From Candidatus Heimdallarchaeota archaeon (GTDB taxonomy: Archaea > Asgardarchaeota > Heimdallarchaeia > Heimdallarchaeales > Heimdallarchaeaceae): 12,153 bases of DNA. Under the pieces are notes generated by a model. The model ran no database searches. It worked only from the letters and a program-made list of their open reading frames with translations, and was not told the DNA's origin. Every line of letters begins with the position of its first letter. Position 1 is the first letter of the stretch. The stretch is taken from assembly GCA_016840095.1 (NCBI GenBank), contig JAEOSZ010000084.1, positions 1 through 12,153 on the forward strand, given 5' to 3'. Below are positions 7,714-12,153 of this stretch, in pieces. The translations under genes were made by a program, and so were the position numbers.

Positions 7714-8715
7714 TTATCCCCTGAACTTTACTTTACCAAACTTTGAAACCCAATCATTTTCATCAAACATCTCTAGAATAAAGATATTTTCTAGATTATC
7801 TCTGAGGAAGTAAACTTCTTTTCCAAGTTCCTCAGCAAACTTAACCTCTATGTATACTCCTCTCCCAACAAAATATCCTCCTTCATGTTCCACTGCGGAA
7901 AATACAATTATGTCACATCTACTTAGGAGATCAAGACATTTTTTCATTATCTCTTTGCCAGAATCTTTTTTCCATTTCTTCTCATATTTTGCAGGATTTA
8001 TTATGTCTGCTTTTGGAAAAACGTTCTTTATCAGTTTAAGTTCCTGTTTCTCTTGCTTCTTTCCATAGATGTTCATCGAATGCGCATAGTATATCTGTGG
8101 AATAACTCTGTATTGTTTCCTTTTGTAGAGTTCGAGTAGAATACAAGCAGAATAGAATGCATCATAACTTGCTCTATGTGCCTCCAACTCACTGATTTTT
8201 TCTTCAAGTTCTTTGTTAATAATAATGCTCTCTGAAGTACTATCAAGAAGTTTCTTCTTTGAATAAGCTAAATTATAAATTCTATTTCGATTTTTCTTTC
8301 CAGATGGTCTAATATATTCTGAAGCTGTGAGCATTATGCAGGGAGTTACTTTTGTTTTGGTGTTTTTTTCGTTAATATTCCAAGGATCTTGTTTCAGAAA
8401 CTTATCAAGATCAAATGAATTATTGTAAGCAGCAACAAATTTACCAGATAGAATTTGCCGTACTTCCTCAATTACAGTGGGCAAATCTTTCTTAGCATTC
8501 TGAATTTCTTCAACTGATAGTACTCCTTTAGTGAATATCCATGAATTTCGAAGATTATCATCCCAGGATTCAGTATCGTAATGAATTAATGATTGGTAAA
8601 CTTGAGTAATCTTTTGTTTCAAAACATTGGCTCGCATAATTGATATTTCCACTACAAGATCTTTAGGTGATCCATCAAGACCAGTTGTTTCAATATCCAA
8701 AACATAGATATCCAT
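7714..8715 (-). CDS. DEDDh 3'-5' exonuclease fused to a C-terminal nucleoside 2-deoxyribosyltransferase/DUF4406-like domain
   Basis: ExoI LDIETTGL (D7, E9), ExoII AYNNSFD (D102), ExoIII HRASYDA (H180, D185). Residues ~207-304: IYYAHSM...IINP...MKKCLDLLSRCDIIVF...GRGVYIEVKFAEELGKEVY. Confidence 0.8.
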   Translation of the reverse strand: MDIYVLDIETTGLDGSPKDLVVEISIMRANVLKQKITQVYQSLIHYDTESWDDNLRNSWIFTKGVLSVEEIQNAKKDLPTVIEEVRQILSGKFVAAYNNSFDLDKFLKQDPWNINEKNTKTKVTPCIMLTASEYIRPSGKKNRNRIYNLAYSKKKLLDSTSESIIINKELEEKISELEAHRASYDAFYSACILLELYKRKQYRVIPQIYYAHSMNIYGKKQEKQELKLIKNVFPKADIINPAKYEKKWKKDSGKEIMKKCLDLLSRCDIIVFSAVEHEGGYFVGRGVYIEVKFAEELGKEVYFLRDNLENIFILEMFDENDWVSKFGKVKFRG

Positions 8716-8786
8716 TAGGATACAAAATCAGCTAATCCTTTAAGTTTTTACCCCTCCCTAAAGAAAGTGATGAAAATAAGAAGAAT

Positions 8787-9332
8787 TTAGTGTGATCCTC
8801 TATAATCAGGGTAAATTTTCATCCCAGCTCGAATAGGTATCTTGAGGATATTCTCATCTGGAGTAAGAGAGCAGTTCCAATTATCATTGTAAGCACACAA
8901 AGGATTGTAGGCAGTATTAAAATCAATTACCCATTCTTCTTTTGAGATCTTCTCTATTTCTACATACCTTCCTATCTTGTAGGATTCTTCTCCTGTTGTT
9001 GTGTCTTTGAAAGGCACGAATAGGTAATCTCCATCAAGTGGTTTGAAAACAGTGAGTTGGTTGGTTTGTCCTTCCAATTCAAATTCGATATACCCATAGC
9101 GACTATATCTCCTGTTATCATATCTTGTAGTGGAAATAGTTATTTCACTATGCTCATCAAACTTCTTCATTTTGAAAACAATTTCATATTTTTTATCTAT
9201 TGGAAAATATGGTATTTCCTTGAAATCTTGTTTTTGTTCCTCAGTTAATGGAGAATGTGGAGATTTTTTGAAAAGAATATTATTTCTCTCTCTGACTCTT
9301 TCAATTTTTTCTCTATGAGTCTTTTGTGGCAT
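8787..9332 (-). CDS. DUF1684 family protein
   Basis: SPL, YFP, LFVPFKDxTxGxESYxxGRY, DFNxAYNPxCAYNxxxxC, ENxLxIPIRAG. Confidence 0.9.
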   Translation of the reverse strand: MPQKTHREKIERVRERNNILFKKSPHSPLTEEQKQDFKEIPYFPIDKKYEIVFKMKKFDEHSEITISTTRYDNRRYSRYGYIEFELEGQTNQLTVFKPLDGDYLFVPFKDTTTGEESYKIGRYVEIEKISKEEWVIDFNTAYNPLCAYNDNWNCSLTPDENILKIPIRAGMKIYPDYRGSH

Positions 9333-9377
9333 AGGATAAAGGGTTAATTATGCTTTTTTAAAACTATGTTTGAACAA

Positions 9378-9671
9378 TTATTCAGGTGGATATTTTCTAT
9401 TAACTATTTCAAAAATTTCATTGGCTATTTCTTGAGAACCACCTGAGTCATCCCAGACGCTAGTTGGGGCAAAGATATACCAAAGCTTAGAAATTTCTCC
9501 AAATTCTCCATTCCTTATTTTCTGAATAATGTTTTGAATATAGATGCCTACATCTTCACAAGTATCAAAGTAAGAAAATGTTGTTTGATTTCCATAAGAT
9601 ATCATTTCTTTTGCAGCTTTATCTAGCAGAAGAAGAAGTTCATGTATTTCTTTGTCCTTTGTTTCTTCCAT
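9378..9671 (-). CDS. Small acidic helical hypothetical protein (LWxIFAPTxxWDD motif)
   Basis: 97-aa ORF filling the gap between neighbours, with TATA-like CTTATAAG 24 nt upstream (9696-9703). Confidence 0.7.
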   Translation of the reverse strand: MEETKDKEIHELLLLLDKAAKEMISYGNQTTFSYFDTCEDVGIYIQNIIQKIRNGEFGEISKLWYIFAPTSVWDDSGGSQEIANEIFEIVNRKYPPE

Positions 9672-9705
9672 AGTTTAGGACGTTTGTTTTCTTCACTTAT
9701 AAGGG

Positions 9706-9726
9706 TGATTAGATGATTAGATGATT
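9706..9726. repeat. 8-bp tandem repeat (TGATTAGA) x2.6 between divergent promoters
   Basis: tgattaga tgattaga tgatt read directly from the sequence. Confidence 0.75.
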
Positions 9727-9773
9727 CAATTAGCTTTAAATACCGCTTTTGACAAATACTTGACTTGATTGAC

Positions 9774-10676
9774 ATGAGTGGAGGATTGCGATCCGTTTTT
9801 TGGGGAATGTCACTAGTTTTGTTTTTAGCTTGTTCTAGTGGTATTCAAACTCAAGCAGTTACTTGGACTAATTACGGTTCAATGTATGAATATTCAGAGG
9901 AAAGCACTCGTATTATCTATCAAGATGGAAAGAAATACGATGAGGGAATTTTCACAGATTCATTAATGGTATGGAATGTGACTACTGTAGGTGATAAAGT
10001 ATATTTTCAGACTAATTTTACTCCTTATTTTATGGGATTAATGCATTTTGAAACACAACAAGAATATGATGAATATTTGGAAAAACATTATTGGTGTGAT
10101 AGTAATGAAGGTAATATGACTATTGCATATTCAGTTGTAGATACAGATTTTTGCTTTGTAGACATGCTGGATTACACTATAGCTTATAATGCTACTATTA
10201 CTGATTTTGATATTAGATTTATCTATCAGAAAATGTATGGTTTGTTCCTTCCGGTTAACCATTCTTTATTCAATTTTAAAACAGAATATACAACTCTACT
10301 TCATACTGAAGGGGTAATTCATGATGTTGTCTTTGAAGAAGAAGATTCTTTTGTATTGGATAAAATGAAGTATGATGGGTATTATCTGTCCTTAGAGTAT
10401 GTATACTATTATCACAGTGTTGGTATTAATGTACGAAGTGAGCGTACAATAGTAGTAATGTATTCCTTGAAGGGAGAGCTATACTACTATGGATTCAGTG
10501 AATTTATACGTAATGATGATAATAACGATAGGATTCAATATTATGAAGCATCATTCACATTAGATGCACCATACAGAGAAAATGGTGTACGTCGAATTAG
10601 TTTTGCTAGTCCAATAATTGTCATAGGGTCAATAGTTATTGCAACTTACATCTTGACTAAATGGAGAAAAAAATAA
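9774..10676 (+). CDS. Secreted, C-terminally membrane-anchored surface (glyco)protein of unknown function
   Basis: Signal-peptide-like MSGGLRSVFWGMSLVLFLACSSGIQTQA. Tyr/Phe/Asp/Glu-rich body, five N-x-S/T sequons, C-terminal TM helix plus KWRKK. ATG 9774 is preferred over TTG 9765. TATA TTTAAATA at 9735-9742. Confidence 0.75.
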   Translation: MSGGLRSVFWGMSLVLFLACSSGIQTQAVTWTNYGSMYEYSEESTRIIYQDGKKYDEGIFTDSLMVWNVTTVGDKVYFQTNFTPYFMGLMHFETQQEYDEYLEKHYWCDSNEGNMTIAYSVVDTDFCFVDMLDYTIAYNATITDFDIRFIYQKMYGLFLPVNHSLFNFKTEYTTLLHTEGVIHDVVFEEEDSFVLDKMKYDGYYLSLEYVYYYHSVGINVRSERTIVVMYSLKGELYYYGFSEFIRNDDNNDRIQYYEASFTLDAPYRENGVRRISFASPIIVIGSIVIATYILTKWRKK

Positions 10677-10682
10677 TACCAT

Positions 10683-10702
10683 TCTCTTTTTTTCTTGATT
10701 TT
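10683..10702 (+). terminator. Oligo-T terminator of the surface protein gene
   Basis: tctctttttttcttgatttt just after the stop codon. Confidence 0.45.
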
Positions 10703-10716
10703 ATACTAAACATTGT

Positions 10717-10766
10717 CTTTGCTGCAAGGTTACCTTTTCGTAAGGGCATCCTTCTTGGAAGGGAAT
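10717..10766. repeat. Three tandem 16-17-bp units, each an inverted repeat C(C/T)TT-N5-AAGG
   Basis: CTTT-gctgc-AAGG-tta / CCTT-ttcgt-AAGG-gcat / CCTT-cttgg-AAGG-gaat. Units 2 and 3 are 13/17 identical. Confidence 0.55.
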
Positions 10767-10903
10767 TAAATTAACGATTTTTGATATGAGAGAAAACTGC
10801 TTTAAAATTTTGCATCTGAATGGTCAATCATCAATTCTTTGTCATCCCAGAAATTTAACTGGTAAATCAGAAATATAATAAGTGTAAATTCTGAAGGATA
10901 TAC

Positions 10904-11359
10904 ATGTCACAAAAAAATGTTAGAACTGGTTGGTTTTTCAGAGATTCAGCACCTCCTAACGACAATGCTCATTTTGAAAACATGGCTAGGTGTGTTTTCC
11001 AGGCAGGGCTAAGCTGGCAGCTTATAGCAGATAGGTGGTCCAATTTTAAGAAAGCATTCAAAGATTTTGATATAGAAACAGTAAGTAAATTTGATGAAGA
11101 TGATATTGAATGTTTGCTTCAAGATTCAGGAATAATAAGAAACAGAGCAAAAATTGAAGCGGTAATAATTAATGCAATAGTCTTTTCTGAAATTAAGGAA
11201 GAGTATGGATCATTCAGAGATTTTGTGGATAATCTTGATACATCTGAAAACTATAAACATGTTAAGAAGGAGTTATCCAAACGTTTTGAGCGAATGGGTC
11301 CGAAAACATCCATGGTATTCTTGTATAGTATAGGAGAAAATATTAAACATGAGGATTAG
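10904..11359 (+). CDS. Short DNA-3-methyladenine glycosylase I (Tag)-like HhH protein
   Basis: FE...FQAGLSW...FKKAFKDFDIETVSKF...LLQDSGIIRNRAKIEAVIINA...GSF...LSKRFERMGP..FLYSIG. Lacks the YHDxEWG segment, so the symbol tag is withheld. Confidence 0.85.
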   Translation: MSQKNVRTGWFFRDSAPPNDNAHFENMARCVFQAGLSWQLIADRWSNFKKAFKDFDIETVSKFDEDDIECLLQDSGIIRNRAKIEAVIINAIVFSEIKEEYGSFRDFVDNLDTSENYKHVKKELSKRFERMGPKTSMVFLYSIGENIKHED

Positions 11360-11368
11360 TGGAGGTAT

Positions 11369-11740
11369 TCAGAATACTAACACTATGAAATCAACTATTG
11401 CTAGAGTTATTGTTATTAGCGCAGAAGTAACCAATACAGCTAGTAGCACTTTGTATTCTTTCTTTCCGTAAATACCTATTGCATTTACAATGGCGTAGAG
11501 TATTAGCCCTAGTGCAAATAAGAAAACATACAATCCCCAAGTTAACTCTAGTATTAATGCTATTCCCCCAACAATTGCTAGAGTCGACATTATAAACTCA
11601 GCTGTGATATGAAATAATCTTTCAAAGGGATGTTCAATAAACAAGTTACCTTTCTTTTTTAGAAGCACTGTTATCCAGAGTAAAGCAGTGATAGTACCTG
11701 CACTAATTGAAAAGACTCCTGATATTATTTCTAGAATCAT
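11369..11740 (-). CDS. Four-TM hypothetical membrane protein (FHxxAE motif)
   Basis: Four hydrophobic helices, with FHITAEF and LGLILYAIVNAIGIY. TATA-like element at 11764-11771. Convergent with the Tag-like gene, 9-nt gap. Confidence 0.75.
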   Translation of the reverse strand: MILEIISGVFSISAGTITALLWITVLLKKKGNLFIEHPFERLFHITAEFIMSTLAIVGGIALILELTWGLYVFLFALGLILYAIVNAIGIYGKKEYKVLLAVLVTSALITITLAIVDFIVLVF

Positions 11741-11824
11741 GTTTTCTTGTATAACCTACTTTGTTATATTATTTTCTCAAAATGTGTAAACTTTGAAAAT
11801 CTTCTTTCATTATCATTTGAAGTT

Positions 11825-11853
11825 AAATAAAGAAAAAGAGGAAAAAGAAAAAT
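11825..11853 (-). terminator. Oligo-T terminator after the NuoN-like gene
   Basis: Minus strand atttttctttttcctctttttctttattt directly after the stop. Confidence 0.55.
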
Positions 11854-11856
11854 AGA

Positions 11857-12153
11857 TTATACTATAAGTGCTATTTTGCTCACAATTAGATCTGGCCATA
11901 AACCAAGAACTATTAGAACAACTACAATTATAGCTAAAGCTATTTTTTGGAATATTGGTATTTTTATCTTGCCTGTATCTTCACCATCTGGTTCATCAAA
12001 GAGCATTTTCTTTAGAATATACATATATCCTCCTAAAGCTAGCAAGGAGTTAATGATAGCCATAATTACTAACAGAATACTGTTGATAAACATTAAAGGA
12101 TTAACAGCGTTAGCTCCACCATTGAAGGTTGCAAGAATTACCATTAGTTTTGA
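11857..12153 (-). CDS. C-terminal part of a NuoN/MrpD-like proton-conducting membrane subunit (starts beyond the right edge)
   Basis: The frame is open to the edge: SKLMVI... (end of the PPxxGFxSK motif), then AIINSLLALGGYMYILKKMLF and terminal LGLWPDLI, as in NuoN-type C-termini. The parent complex (Nuo/Fpo, Mrp, Mbh) cannot be determined here. Confidence 0.75.
   Translation of the reverse strand, partial: SKLMVILATFNGGANAVNPLMFINSILLVIMAIINSLLALGGYMYILKKMLFDEPDGEDTGKIKIPIFQKIALAIIVVVLIVLGLWPDLIVSKIALIV

Noticed and set aside
5867-9318. Plus-strand ORFs 5867-6112, 7440-7724, 7850-8068, 9057-9248, 9130-9318
   Set aside because: Antisense to motif-supported genes, with typical shadow-frame composition.
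10657-10749. 30-aa minus-strand ORF MPLRKGNLAAK... starting inside the CCTT/AAGG element
   Set aside because: Very short, overlaps the end and terminator of the surface protein gene, and has no recognisable features.
12142-12144. ATG at 12144 as the start of a 95-aa protein
   Set aside because: The frame is open to the window edge and the upstream codons (S-K-L) continue a NuoN-type motif, so this is an internal Met of a truncated gene.
1-12153. Mobile element, provirus, tRNA/rRNA or known defence island
   Set aside because: No transposase, integrase, terminal repeats, capsid genes, GC-rich structural RNA or recognisable canonical defence genes were seen.

Overview
AT-rich (roughly one-third GC by eye), gene-dense chromosomal window. 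It is almost certainly archaeal: TATA-like boxes lie 22-26 nt before most ATGs, there is a GGTGA Shine-Dalgarno, and there is an archaeal-type wHTH regulator. Gene content and a C-terminally anchored surface protein are reminiscent of Asgard/Heimdallarchaeia (inference only). Left to right, on the minus strand unless noted: partial GNAT-like gene, wHTH regulator, a 398-aa bactofilin-like beta-solenoid, a heterodimeric asymmetric ABC exporter pair, a DUF2834-like membrane protein, upp, an ICMT/PEMT-family methyltransferase, a DEDDh exonuclease fused to an NDT/DUF4406-like domain, DUF1684, a small hypothetical, a secreted C-anchored glycoprotein (+), a zinc-less Tag-like glycosylase (+), a 4-TM hypothetical and the C-terminus of a NuoN/MrpD-like subunit. 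No rRNA, tRNA, CRISPR array or mobile element was seen. The best candidates for undescribed biology are the DEDDh-NDT fusion, the ABC exporter / long bactofilin / wHTH module, the degenerate Tag-like protein and a triple CCTT-N5-AAGG intergenic element. All family assignments are from motif recognition, not database searches.
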